From: Eledone cirrhosa
Taxonomy: Eukaryota
Reading direction: 5' to 3'
Length of the DNA stretch: 64,000 nucleotides
NCBI GenBank assembly: GCA_964016885.1
Contig: OZ024742.1
Coordinates: 313,224,001 to 313,288,000 of the forward strand
This document shows positions 42,395 through 56,053 of the stretch, piece after piece (within the stretch, counting starts at the first letter, position 1; every line of letters begins with the position of its first letter). The notes beneath the pieces are model-generated. The model was not told the origin of the DNA. It searched no databases and saw nothing but the letters and a program-made list of their open reading frames with translations. The position numbers and the translations under genes are program-made.

Positions 42395-43385
42395 CTTTAC
42401 TCTTTTACTCTTTTACCTGTTCCAGCCATCCAGCTGAGGCCATGGTTGGGCACCGCCCTTGTTGCTACACGTTTTATCTCCAGCCTGTATTGGTTGGCCA
42501 CTGGTGCAATAGGGAGTTCGTTGCTGCTGCCCTTAGGTTTCCCTTGTGCCTTGCTGTGGGCTCATCCGGGATCCTGGATAGCAATGAGATATTTCTTGAA
42601 AACATCCACGTCCACACCATGCAGATCTCTCAGATCCCTCGGCAGCTTGTTGAAGAGTTGAGGGCTCTTGAACCCCAGGCTATTGCAATATCTGCTCCTT
42701 ATTCTAGATGTGGAAGACGGGACCTTTAGCACCACACAGTGACGTCCTGTTCAGGGGTTGGTCCAGCTCCCAATGCCAAAGTTTGGTGCTAGTCCCTCCA
42801 GGATTTTCCACATGTAGATCACTGCGTATCTCTCCCATCTTCATTCCAAGGAGTAGAGGTTCAGTTCTTTTAGCCTCTCCCAGTAGCTTATCTCCTTCAT
42901 CATCGCAATCCTCTTGGTGTAGCTTCGCTGGATTGCCTCAAGCTCCGTGGTTAGTTTGACACTATGGGATGACCACAACTGGGAGCAATAGTCCAGGCGG
43001 CTTAGGACAAATGTCCTCCATAGTGTCAACATGGTCTCTCGGTCTCTTGTCCGGAAAGTCCTCAAGATGCAGCCAGCAAGTCATCTGCACATTGTCGCCA
43101 CTTTCATGATGTGTGAGGAAAAAGATGCATTGTCGCTCATGTCTCGTATCAATTTCGACAGAGGAATTTTGGTCCCTCCTGGTCCAGTGTAAGTGTGTTG
43201 TACTGTATTTGTGTTTGCAGGTTTGTATTATAGGGCTTGAAATTTGCCAGCATTAAACTGCATGTTGTTATCTTCCGCCCATTTGCATATGGCACCCAGA
43301 TCTTGTTGTAAAAGGGCAGCATCAGCCAGGTTTTTGATTGCCTGTGCTACCTTAGTGTCATCAGCATAGCTAGTGAGGGATGTTG
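42395..43385 (-). mobile_element. CR1/L2-group LINE 3' fragment, degenerate
   Basis: SYADDTKV..LQQDL..KWAEDNNMQFNAGK, LSRLDYCSQLWS, YWERLKELNLYSLE; tail (GTAAAAGA)n. Confidence 0.85.
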
Positions 43386-43487
43386 TATGTACTACAGAGG
43401 CATGTCTGAGAGAGCCACCAAAAACAGTAGTGGTCTCAGGACTGTACCTTGGGGCACCCCACTTGTTATTGATATATATATATATAG

Positions 43488-43900
43488 ATGTAATCTGAGT
43501 TTTTCGAATATTAATAATAACATTTGATTCGTTTGCAATTATGCAAACAAGCCTCAATTTTATAGCCATGTCAGTAGAATCAACACTTCATTCTTGCTCT
43601 TATGTCGGCATGCGAACAGAACTGCAGACACTAATGTTTCTGGGTATCACCCTTCATCAGTACAGCTCACTGTTCACCTGCCAAACTGTCAGAGCTAGTG
43701 AAAATATATGCTACTTTCAAAAATACACAGTTACTGATCGGCCTGATTTGCATATTAGCAGACTGGCTGATCAGTCAGATCTGCATATTAGCAGATCCAC
43801 TGATCAGCCAGATTTGCATATCAGCAGACTGGCCATTCAGTTTCCTGTATACAAGCGATAAATGGCCGGCTTTGCCACATTCAAATAAAAAAGAAAATTT
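43488..43900 (-). mobile_element. Non-coding HHR element with three 33-bp octamer-motif repeats; second copy starts near 63888 and runs off the window
   Basis: 43488-43600 matches 63888-64000; HHR at 43620-43667; repeats at 43734, 43767, 43800. Confidence 0.7.
43620..43667 (-). ncRNA. Type-I hammerhead ribozyme motif
   Basis: AGCTGTA-CTGATGA-A-GGGT-GAT-ACCC-A-GAAACA-TTAG-TGTC-TGCAGTT; helix I 7 bp, GUC site. Confidence 0.85.
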
Positions 43901-44029
43901 TATTTTATATATCATCATCATCATCATCATCATCGTTTAACATCCATGTTTCACGCTTGCATGTATGTATGTATATATGTATGTATATATGTATGTATAT
44001 ATATATATGTATATATGTATGTATATATA

Positions 44030-46013
44030 TACTTGTGGAGGTTGCAGTGGCTATTTCGAAGCTGAACAGTGGAAGATCTCCAGGTATGGATGGCATACAT
44101 GCTGAGCTCCTACAATATGGTGGTGAGAGACTCCTGCAACATCTTCACTCTCTGTTTGGAAGGATATGGGCTAATGAATCCGTGCCTGAGGACTGGAGAG
44201 ATGCAGTAATGGTGGTCTTGTACAAGGGAAAGGGTAACAGGAATGATTGTGGGAACTACAGAGGTATATCATTGCTTTCTGTCGTGGGGAAAGTTTTATG
44301 TAGGGTGCTTCTGGACCGTCTGCTGACACACATTGCAGATTGTGTCCTTCCTGAAAGTCAATCTGGTTTTCGTGTTGGACGCGGCACTACTGATATGATC
44401 TTCTCAGCTAGACAGCTCCAGGAGAAGTGCATTGAACAGGGCTTGGATCTGTATCAGGTTTTTGTCGATCTGACAAAGGCTTTCGATACTGTCAACAGAG
44501 ATGCATTATGGAAGGTTCTCCAGAAACTTGGTTGCCCTGATAAGTTCCTTGCTTTAGTTAGGTCTTTCCATGACGACATGAAGGCTTGGGTTAATGTCGG
44601 AGGTAACATGTCGGAGCCTATCTCAGTAAAAAATGGAGTGAAACAGGGGGATATTCCAGCACCGACCCTGTTTGCCATATACTTTGCAATGGTTTTCTGT
44701 ATTGCATTCAGGAATTGCGAGCATGGTGTTTACATCCGATATCGAACCTCAGGCAGCATATTTAACATCAGGCGCTTTGCTGCGAAGACAAAAGTATTTA
44801 CATCAGTCATAAGAGACCTCTTGTATGCAGATGATTGCGATCTTGTAGCGCACACAGAGAGTGATATGCAGCACATTTTGAATGTATTTTCTGACGCTTG
44901 CACTGCCCTGGGTTTGACTGTCAGTCTCAAGAAGACCGTCGTCATGTACCAACCTGCACCTGGTAGGCAGTACACTGAACCAAACATCTATGTGTATGGC
45001 AGACGACTTGGAGTGGTTGATCAGTTTGTCTACCTGGGAAGCACTGTCAATCGATACGGCAACCTTGACAGTGAAATCTCACTTAGGATTAGGAAAGCAA
45101 GTGATGCTTTCGGAAAGCTAGAAAGGCGACTCTGGGGTCGGCGAGACATATGCAGGAGGACAAAGGTAAAGGTGTACAGGGCATGTGTACTCTCTTGTCT
45201 TCTTTATGCCTGCGAGACCTGGGTCACATATCGACGCCACCTTAAGCAATTGGAGCGTTTCCATCAGATGTGTCTCAGACGGATACATGGCGTTCGCTGG
45301 AGGGACCACATCAGTGATGTCGAGATTTTGGAAAGCTCTATGTGTGACAGTATAGAAGCTCTTGTGCTTAAGCAGCGACTCCGTTGGAGTGGTCACCTTG
45401 CCAGGATGAAGGATTCTAGAATACCAAAACAACTCTTCTATGGAGAGTTGGTTAAAGGAAAACGACCGCCACATAAACCAAAAAAGAGGTATAAGGATTC
45501 CTTGAAAGCCTCTCTGAAAGACGCTAACATCTCTGCTGATACATGGGAAAATATTGCTGCTGATCGTAATAAATGGAGAAAGACTGTATATGAGGGAAAA
45601 GTTGCCTTTGAGGCATCTCGAATCGCACACGAGAAAGTAAAGCGGGACGTGAGGAAGGGTATTGCTGTTGCACTTCCAGACGGCGAGGGTCCTCCTATGT
45701 TTCTGACATGCAGCGTCTGTGCGAGACTCTGCCTAAGCAAAGCTGGACTCGAAAGTCATCTTCGCAGTCATAAAGTAAGACCAGTGGTTGACTACCAGGC
45801 TGCTGTCGGAGATGCTACTCATCATGCTTGCCAAACATGTGGTAGAGAATGTAAATCAGCAGGAGGACTCAAGCGACATGCAAAAGTACACGAACTCCAA
45901 CCACAGCCGACTATTCCCAGTAAATGTTTTGGTTGCCGACTCTGTGCAAGACATTTTAGATCATTGGCTGGGCTAAAAAGCCACATTCGATCGCAGCACT
46001 GTTAGTTGCTATC

Positions 46014-46015
<2 letters not shown>
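44030..46015 (+). mobile_element. 5'-truncated RTE (BovB-like) LINE with uninterrupted RT and three C-terminal C2H2 zinc fingers; followed by (TG)n
   Basis: SPGMDGI, NYRGISLLS, ESQSGFR, FVDLTKAFD, GVKQG, LLYADD, YLGS; CxxC..AGLxxHxxxH three times. Confidence 0.93.
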
Positions 46016-46053
<38 letters not shown>

Positions 46054-46169
46054 GCTTATGTGCGTGCGTGTGTGTGTATATATATATGAATATGTATATT
46101 ATTATTGTTGTTGTCGTTATTATTATTATTGCTATTATTATTATTATTATTGTTATTGTTATTCCTTGA

Positions 46170-49100
46170 ATCTCAGTCATTGATGTTGGTTAACTGGAAA
46201 GTCCGTTGGATTGAATATCAAGCCACTACCTGCAGCCTCAGATATTCAGGACGTATCGGAGGGTTCTTGCCGTTCCAAGCAAGCATGCCTTTTGAAGCGT
46301 TCCAAAAAGCGTGAAGGGGCCGATTTTCTTTAACCATCCCTGGAAACCTTTGGAGATAGTCCCCAGTGCGCCTATGACAATCGGGATCACTTTGACTTCA
46401 TGGCAGTTCCAAATCCTTTTCACCTCCCACTTTAGGTCCTGGTATCGGTTAATTTTCTCCCTCTCCTTCTCTTGCACTCTCGTGTCGAACGGGCAGGCCA
46501 CATCCACAATCAGGCACGATCTTTTTTCTTTGTCCACAACCACCAGGTCAGGTCTATTGTGTTCCAGTTTTTTGTCCGTCTGTATCCTAAAATCCCACAG
46601 CACCTTCACCTGACTGTTCTCCATCACCGCCTCTGGCCTATGCTCATACCATTTCTCAGAATGTGGTAGATTGTTTACTTTGCACAGGTGCCAGTGGATC
46701 ACCCTGCCCATCACATCGTGTCTCCAGCCCTTATAGTGGGTCTGGGCTAGGTGTTTACACTCGGACACAATGTGAGCCACAGTCTCCTCTCTCTCTCCAC
46801 AGATCCTGCACAGTGGGCTAGCCTCCTCCTTGTAGATATGGTGCTTCAACCACTTCGTTTTGAGGGCCTGCTCCTGCGCAGCCATTAGCATTCCTTCTGT
46901 AGCCTTTTTGAGGTCTCCTCTTCTCAACCAGTTCCATGTCTGTGGATCTCTAAATTCAGTTTTCTCAAAGAAGGTACTATGAAGGGATTTTCCCTTAAGG
47001 CTGCTCTTCCTCCTTGATGTTATTTCCTCCTTGGGTATCCCCTGGCCTACTCTCCCCTCCTTCAGTACAGCTCTGAGCATTGGCTCCTTACTATAGGTCA
47101 CGTATTTGTATAGGTTGTTTTTCTCCATCTGAACACAGTCCTCTATGCTGATAAGACCTCTTCCACCCTCAGATCTCCTTAGGTAGAGTCTATCGACATC
47201 ACTCCTCTTGTGGAACATGTTGTAGATAGTCAATAGCTTCCTAGTCTTCCTATCCATTTCTTTTTGTTCAGCAACATTCCATCTCAGAATTCCCGCACTG
47301 TACCTAATAATAGACACAGCTCGGGAATTTACTGCGCTTATGGCATTTCTGCTGTTCAGATGTGACTTCAATACGCTCCTTACTCTCCGAATGTATTCAG
47401 TTCTTAACAATTCCTTCATTTTTTTGTTCTTTATGCCATCAGCCTCCAGAACGCCCAAATACTTGTATCCTTCCTCAGAGTCAATTTCCTTTATCATCTC
47501 ACCTGTTGGTATCTGGATCCCGTTACTTCTGCTCAACCTACCCCTCCTCATCACAATGACTCCACATTTACCAATACCAAACTGCATACATATATCACTG
47601 CTGAAAATACGGACAGTGTCAACAAGCACATCCAACTCCTTCTCACTTTTCCCGAAGAGCTTAAGATCGTCCATGAAGAGGAGGTGATTGATGGTAAGCT
47701 CTCCCCTTCCCAACTTGTATCCTGCTCTCACTTTTCGCAGCATAATGGTCAAGGGCATCAGGGCAAGGACAAACAACAGAGGGGACAGGCTATCTCCCTG
47801 GAAGATACCTCTCTTGATCTTCACGCTTCCCAAGGATACTCCAGTTGATGTCAACTCTGTCTCCCAGGACCCCATACTCCTGCCCAGCAACTCTCTGATG
47901 TTATCTGCCACCCTGAAGATCTCCAGGCTTTTGGTGATCCAGGAATGAGGCACCATGTCAAATGCCTTTCTGTAGTCTATCCATCCCATGGCAAGATCAG
48001 TGTGTCTCCTCCTGCAATTCCCCATTACCATCTTATCAATAAGCAACTGGTCCTTTGTACCACGTGACTTCTTTCGGCATCCTTTCTGTTCGTCCGGCAA
48101 CAAGTTGTTTGTGTGGAGGTGATGGTAGATTTCCTCAGACACAATGCTCGTCAACAGTTTCCACATTACGGGTGTAGTATTCATTATCAGAACTGTGGTA
48201 CCTTTTGTCAACCACTCTGGCACCTCACCCGACACCAAGCAGTCATTGAACATGGCCGTCAGCTTCGGGTGGAGGGATGTTAAATGTTTAATCCAATACC
48301 CCTGCACACCATCTGGGCCTGGTGATTTCCAGTTGGTTAGTTTTTTGGCTTGCCCCTTAAGAGTTTCAACTGTGATACTCAAATCAGTCTGTTGCTGTGC
48401 CTGCTCACCGATCTCCCTCTGTACTGTCTCAATCCACCCTGCCTGGGCATTGTGTCTAACATCCTGCTCCCATATTCCTCTCCAGAATGTTTTAGCTTGT
48501 TCCGCCCCAGGGATCAAGTCGGTGCCTCTTTCTTTCCCCTCAAGCTGTCCAAACAGCATCTTCTGGTTGTTGTCGAACATGCGGTTCTGTTTATACTGAC
48601 TGACTCTGTTCTCGTATCGCCTGATTTTGGCACTCTTTGCTACAATGCGTTGCTTCAATTCCTCTATGATAATATTTAGCTTTTTACTCCTAGTTTTGTA
48701 TTTTATTTCCAGTCTATTTTTAGTGCCTATGTTTTTTAGTGTCCCATTCAGTAGTGACTCAAGCTTTCCTATGTCATTTCTCATTTCCCCGATTTGCCCA
48801 CTCAGTCGCTTCTTCCACCACGGCTCTGCTCTTTCTTGTCTGTTGTTTCCTCTCGCTTTTATACCAAGTAGTTTCCTCACCGTATTTGCTGTTGCTTTGA
48901 GGATATTGTTGCACTGGTGAAGACTCCTCGCCTCAAGGTATGGGATGACTTTGTTTACCTTAGCTGTTGTTTCTTTTAACTTTTTCCTGTCTACAAATCT
49001 TAGGTTCATAGGTCTCCCACTATCATTGTTCAACTCATCTACCACTAAATTTAGGATGTCAACCGAATCTTGTCCTAGCCCGTCAGCATTCATCTCCTCA

Positions 49101-49243
49101 GTGGCCGTATCTCTGTTCCAGGTATTATTTATCTCAGTATTCAGATCATTGTCTGCTTCGGGTGGTTCCTCCGCTCTCAGGACCTCCTCACCTTCATTTC
49201 CCGCCGGCTCGCTTGTCTGGCATACTACACCCGTAATGTGGAA

Positions 49244-49244
<1 letters not shown>
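46170..49244 (-). mobile_element. R4/Dong-like restriction-endonuclease non-LTR retrotransposon, 5'-truncated, in TAA repeats (ORF 46238-49093)
   Basis: RT (EQKGCR, WIDYRKAFD, GIFQGDSLSP, FMDDLK, YKYLG), CCHC knuckle CRIC..HIVSEC, RHD, PDLVV..D; (ATT)n on both sides. Confidence 0.92.
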
Positions 49245-49294
<50 letters not shown>

Positions 49295-49489
49295 TTTTTA
49301 TTTTATTTATTTATTTTTTTTTTTTTTTTATTGTGCAATGGCCATACTCGATAACGAGGGGGCAGCCATCATATATATATATGTATATATGTATGTATAT
49401 ATATATGCATATATATATATGTATATATATATATATGTATGTATATATATATATATGTATGTATATATGTATGTATATATATATATATG

Positions 49490-49520
<31 letters not shown>

Positions 49521-49627
49521 GTATGTATATATATGTATATATATATATGTATGTATATGTATGTATATATATATGTATGTATATATATATAGATATGTAT
49601 GTATATATATATATATATATATGTATA

Positions 49628-50034
49628 ATCATCATCATCATCATCACCGTTTTACATCCATTCTTCCACGCTAGCATGGATTAGATGGGTTGTCCTGTTG
49701 TGGGCAGTGTCCGGTCGGCTGACCTTGTCTAGCTCATACAGGAACAGATTCTCACTTGATTTCTACAGCTGGATGCCCTTCCTAACACCAACCTTTTTTA
49801 CAGTGAGTACTGGGTGCTTTTTTTTCCGTGGTGCCTACACGTCCACTTTACAGTGGAATGATAGGGACCCCAGTCGTATCATCTCATTTCTACAACTGAG
49901 TAAACTGGAGCAATGTGAAATAAAGTGTCTTGCTCAAGGAAACAACACATCACCCGAAACAACACATCCAAGAATTGAACTCAGAACCTTTCGATTGCAA
50001 GCCCAATGCTCTAACTACTAAGCCATGTGCCTTC
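49628..50034 (-). mobile_element. tRNA-derived SINE with RTE-type tail
   Basis: Head, core and (CAT)n. Confidence 0.85.
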
Positions 50035-50980
50035 ATGTATATATACCACCCCGTTCTATGTAAAGTTATGTTGGTGCCACACCATCCAGGCCGAAACAAA
50101 TGAGATCGTGTAGGTGTCACGACAAAAAAACACACAGTCCACGCTGTAATGTGGCCGTGTAGGCAACACGGTAAAAACCTCCCAGACCCACACTGTAAAT
50201 GTGGTTGGTGTTAGGAAGGGCATCCAACTGTAGAAAACCTGCCAGACAGTCCTATGCGAGCAAGACAATCACTCTTGCCTCAAGTGGGACTACCCCCGTC
50301 CAAACCCATGCAAGCGTGGAACACGGACGTTAAACGTTGATGCTGATGATGATGATATACATATATATATATATATATAATGTATAAAAATCAATACAAT
50401 ATATATATATATATATATAAAATATTAAAAAAATAATGAATAAAACAATGAAACAGTTCCTTATATTAAACAAAAAAAGTTCATTATTTAACGATCGTTT
50501 CTAGGACATATATGTGTTAGAATTGGCATGCATATTCAAAAGATCTATGTACAAAATTATACAAAATTATACAAACTATCAAATAGAATATACATACCAA
50601 CACATACATATGCCGTCTTCAAAAATAATGAAGTATATTTATTGATAATAACAACAATTCAAAATTACAGGTCTGTTTGGGAACAGATTTTAAATAGACC
50701 AATGAAATACATAAAAATACATCAAGAAAATACAGTTAGGTGTGTGTATATATGCAAGTAACTTCGTTCACAGATATGCATAAAAATGTATGTTCACATG
50801 CATACGCATGTCGAAAAAGTGTATGTAAATACAAAAATTCAGGGCTAATGTCTCTATGTTTATAATCCACAGACAAAATACACATACGTATACATACATA
50901 TATACACTCATATATACACACATATACATACATTCATACACACACACGCATATACACATAAACATACACATACCCACGAA

Positions 50981-51021
<41 letters not shown>

Positions 51022-51260
51022 ACACACACACATACGTATATATTATTATTATAACTATATGGATATTGAGGCGCACACATAAACACGGCCACATACACTT
51101 ACATCTGAATGCAGAACTAAAAATAGGTAAGGGAGTAAGTAAATTACAGAGGGTGTCAGACTCAGCATATTTATAAAAACGAATCTATAAATTTAGAAAT
51201 AAAAAGAAATATATTAAAAGAAATAAACAAGTAAAAGATATACTCATACATATAAATACA

Positions 51261-51342
<82 letters not shown>

Positions 51343-51345
51343 CAT

Positions 51346-52590
51346 ATGGTGGCTGCCAACTCGTTTTCGAGTACGGCCACTACTTTATATCCATGTAGGA
51401 GAACCCCTACCGATGCGCTGAACGAGTGTGACTTTTCAGTCCGGCCAGCGACTTGAAAACTTTGGTACAAACACTACACTTGTGACAATTATTGACACAT
51501 AGTGCTGGGCCCATGGTATCATGTGACGACAAGTGCAGAGAGATCTCCAGATATAAAGCAATGCCTGTGCCGTGAAGCTTTTATAGTGAGCAAAGGCACT
51601 GCACAAAGCCATTCCCACTCTCTTAACCAAGATGATATTTACCAAAAAGAAGAACAAGTCAACATCATTGGATATCATCAGGGTTGCAGGTGTTATATCA
51701 GAGTTTTCCTTCTCCTAGAATTCTGCCTTGACAAAGGCTAAGGGGTCATCTCTCCCAGTGATTTTGGATGGCCATTGACTCTTAAGAGCTCCTTTGCCCT
51801 TTGACAGGTTTTGTTTTTAGTCCTGCAGGATGTCCAAAGTCACCCTCCTCACCAAGAAACCTTGGTGGGGTTGCCAGTTTAGTCGCCAACGACCCGACCA
51901 TGAGACAGGTTGTACTGGGATACATGTTACCAGTAGCATATATATATACATATATATACATATATAAATATATATGGTGGCTGCCAACTCGTTTTCGAGT
52001 ACGGCCACTACTTTATATCCATGTAGGAGAACCCCTACTGATGCGCTGAACGAGTGTGACTTTTTAGTCCAGCCAGCGACTTGAAAGCTCTGGTACAAAC
52101 ACTACACTTGTGACAATTATTGACACATAGTGCTGGGCCCATGGTACCATGTGACGACAAATGCAGAGAGATCTCCAGATATAAAGCAATGCCTGTGCCG
52201 TGAAGCTTTTATAGTGAGCAAAGGCACTGCACAAAGCCAGTCCCACTCTCTTGACCAAGATGATATTTACCAAAAAGAAGAACAAGTCAACATCATTGGA
52301 TACCATCAGGGTTGCAGGTGTTATATCAGAGTTTTCCTTCTCCTAGAATTCTGCCTTGACAAAGGCTAAGGGGTCATCTCTCCCGGTGATTTTGGATGGC
52401 CATTGACTCTTAAGAGCTCCTTTGCCTTTTGACAGGTTTTGTTTTTAGTCCTGCAGGATGTCCAAAGTCACCCTCCTCACCAAGAAACCTTGGTGGGGTT
52501 GCCAGTTTAGTCGCCAACAACCCGACCATGGGACAGGTTGTACTGGAATACATGTTACCAGTAGCACCAACTGGTGACCTGACATAAATA
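51346..52590. mobile_element. Two tandem diverged copies of a ~600-bp RTE-derived element (one copy in the right arm, 57738-58330)
   Basis: Encodes [25 protein letters not shown] (RTE C2H2 end) on one strand. Confidence 0.7.
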
Positions 52591-53074
52591 TATATATATA
52601 CATACATATACACATACACACACATATATAGATACACACATACTCACAACACACATATATATACATATATGTACACACACATACACACATACATACATAT
52701 ACATATATATATACATACATATACATATATATATATATACACACATATATATATACACATACATATATATACACACACACACATATATATACACGTATAT
52801 ATACATACACACACATACCCATGTATATATACACACAACCACACACTCACACACAACTCAGACATACATAAATATAGAGACATACATACACACATATATA
52901 CATATACATATATACATACATATAAATATATATACACACACATATATATATATATATATATATTAAAAAAATAAATAAATACACACAGTCAGACAATTAT
53001 GCACATATATACACATACATACACACATCTCTACAAATACATATACATACACATACATACATACACATATACAT

Positions 53075-53156
<82 letters not shown>

Positions 53157-54258
53157 TCATACACACTTATTTACATGTGCACATATGTATTTTTATACTC
53201 ACTTACAAACACACAAACATACATACATACTTACATACACATACATACATCCACACTTACAAATACGAATAATTATAGGGGGGGGGGATTAAAATTATTA
53301 GTGGGAAATAGTAAATATAGGTTTCAAGGAACATAGAATATTAATCTGCATTTAAATCATAATATGTGTTTACATAGTAGTGTCAGAAAGAAGGCAAAAT
53401 TATGCATTTTAATATAAGTAGACTATTAATTATAGGTTAATTAAAGTAAAAATAGTTAATATATTAATTTCTAAGGTGTATACTACTTAGGTTTATAATA
53501 TTTAAAGCGGAATTTTGAAGTTAAACAGTAGTAGAGTATTAATTATAGCATAACTAAATTAAAAATATTAACATGATGGTATCAATTTTAGGAAATGAAT
53601 TTAGTAATAGGGAAAGCCAAATCAAGTATTTCATCGGTAGTAGAATATTAATTATAGGTTAACTAAATTAAAAATTATATATTAATTTCTATAGTATATG
53701 TTAATTAGGTTTATAATAATTAAAGCAAATTTTGTATTCTATCTATAGTAGAATATAATTATAGGTTAACTAAAATTAAAATTAATCTATATATTTATTT
53801 GTAAAGAATATATTAATTAGGTATATATTTAAAAGTTTTTCTCAGTTTATGATTACATGATATTCTGCAATCCATCTGTATTAGAATTTTAATTTTAAGC
53901 TAACTAAATTAAAATTATAGGTTAACTAAATTAAAATTAATTTATAAATTAATTTCTAAATTGTACATTAATTAGGTTTATAATATTAAAAAGTATTTCT
54001 CTGTTATTGATTACACGATATTTTGTTATATTTCATCTGTAAAGGAATTTTAATAAAAGGTTAAATAAACTAAAATTAATCTATAAATTAATTTCCAAAG
54101 TATATATTAATTATGTTAATAATATTTAAAAGTTTTTCACAATTTATGATTACACAATATTTTTTAAAATTCATCTGTAGTAGACTTTTAATTAAATTAA
54201 AATTATAGGTTAAATACATTTAAATTAAATTATATATTAATTTCTAAAATATATATTA

Positions 54259-55555
54259 TTAATTAGGTTTATAATATTTAAATGTTTTTCTCAGTTTATG
54301 ATTACACGATATAATTAATTTCTGTCGCTTATTTAATAGGATATCCTTAGATTTCATTATTTCAAATAGTTCTTGGGAACACAATCTACATTCATTTCTA
54401 TTATTTTGATAAGGGGTGGCTCTTTTGAGCACACTCCAGGTCATATCATATTCTATATTCTTATTTCTATAACTATTAATTTTTTCTGCTAGAGATGTTG
54501 TATTAGCCAGTGCGGCATTTTTAAAACTATGTTTGTGGGTATTAAACCTTACCTTAAAATTGTTAGAAGTAGCTCCTATATATGAGCAAATAGAATCTTT
54601 AGTTTTAACTTTACATTTATAAACTATGTTGTTAACAAGACAATTTCCTTTTAATGAGCAGTTTGCTTTGTTTTTACAGTTACAACCTTTCGTTAATTCT
54701 GTATTTGAGGAGATATTATGGTTAGTTTGATGTATTGGTGGTACACTTATGGTTTTTTACATTTATATGCATTATAGGCACTTATATTTTGTTTTATGTT
54801 TTTGGTTGTTGAGTATGAGAATTTAACTGTTGATCTATTTAAGATTTGATGGTATTTGTGGTTTGGCGGGAAGTTTTTCTCTAGGATATTAAAAATTTTT
54901 TTAGCAATATTATCTTTAATTTGTAAATTAAATGGAGCATTATACCAAGTAACTCGTCTATTACGGTTTCTATGTTGTTTATTGTTTTTATAGGATGCAT
55001 CGTGATGTTTACTAGGAGGATTAATGTTAATGACCTCACCACGCACATTTTTAGTTAGATTTATTGATTTAGGTATTTTATCTTGTTTATTAGGAGTTTT
55101 ATTATTAACATTTATTAGAGTTGTATGATGAGTAGTTTTTTGAGAGTTACTATACTTTATATTAGAGGAGTTAGAGAAAATTGGTTTTATGTTGGTATTT
55201 TGGGGTATAGTGTGAGTGGCATTTAGGTGTGTACTTTTCATTTGGTGTTTGTTGGTAATATTAGGTTGTATGTTTATAGTGTTATTAGTAGAAGGTATAT
55301 ATTCCAATCTATTTTTGTGGCCACTTCTATCTAGAGCTTCGTTATAGAAGGTCGCATTTTTATCAAATACATCTTGGTTAGACGAAAGGTTAGAAATTCT
55401 AAGTGATATATTATATGCAAGGTTTTTGAGGATAGATTTAGGGTGATTAGATTGTGAGTGTATGTAGTGTAAGTTTTGGTTGGGTTTATGGTAAGGTTGG
55501 TAGATACCCGTAGCTAAGTCTAAAGTTATCTCTAGGAAATTAGCTACTTTACTTG
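54259..55555 (-). pseudogene. Truncated Naiad-type PLE (second family): RT thumb, linker and GIY-YIG, frameshifted
   Basis: NFLEITLDL..PYHKPN..SNHP, VTWYNAPFN..FPPNHKYHQILNRSTVKFSYS, CNCx5CxLKGNC, YIGAT. Confidence 0.88.
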
Positions 55556-55566
55556 TGTTTTCAATT

Positions 55567-56053
55567 AACCATAATATCTCCTCAATCTAACCATAATATC
55601 TCCTCAAATGCAGAATTAACGAAAGGTTGTAACTGTAGAAACAAAGCAAACTGCCCATTAAAAGGAAATTGCCTTGTTAACAACATAGTTTATAAATGTA
55701 AAGTTAAAACTAAAGATTCTATTTGCTCATATATAGGAGCTACTTCTAACAATTTTAAGGTAAGGTTTAATACCCACAAACATAGTTTTAAAAATGCCGC
55801 ACTGGCTAATACAACATCTCTAGCAGAAAAAATTAATAGTTATAGAAATAAGAATATAGAATATGATATGACCTGGAGTGTGCTCAAAAGAGCCACCCCT
55901 TATCAAAATAATAGAAATGAATGTAGATTGTGTTCCCAAGAACTATTTGAAATAATGAAATCTAAGGATATCCTATTAAATAAGCGACAGGAATTAATTA
56001 TATCGTGTAATCATAAACTGAGAAAAACATTTAAATATTATAAACCTAATTAA
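55567..56053 (+). pseudogene. Inverted copy of the Naiad GIY-YIG domain
   Basis: GCNCRNKANCPLKGNCL..YIGATSNNFKVRFNTH..CRLCSQE. Confidence 0.88.

Noticed and set aside
43957-44030. Start of the 682-aa ORF as a genuine N-terminus
   Set aside because: The first ~25 codons are microsatellite; the element is 5'-truncated
45700-46005. Host C2H2 zinc-finger gene
   Set aside because: Fingers are in frame with the RTE RT and lack TGEKP linkers
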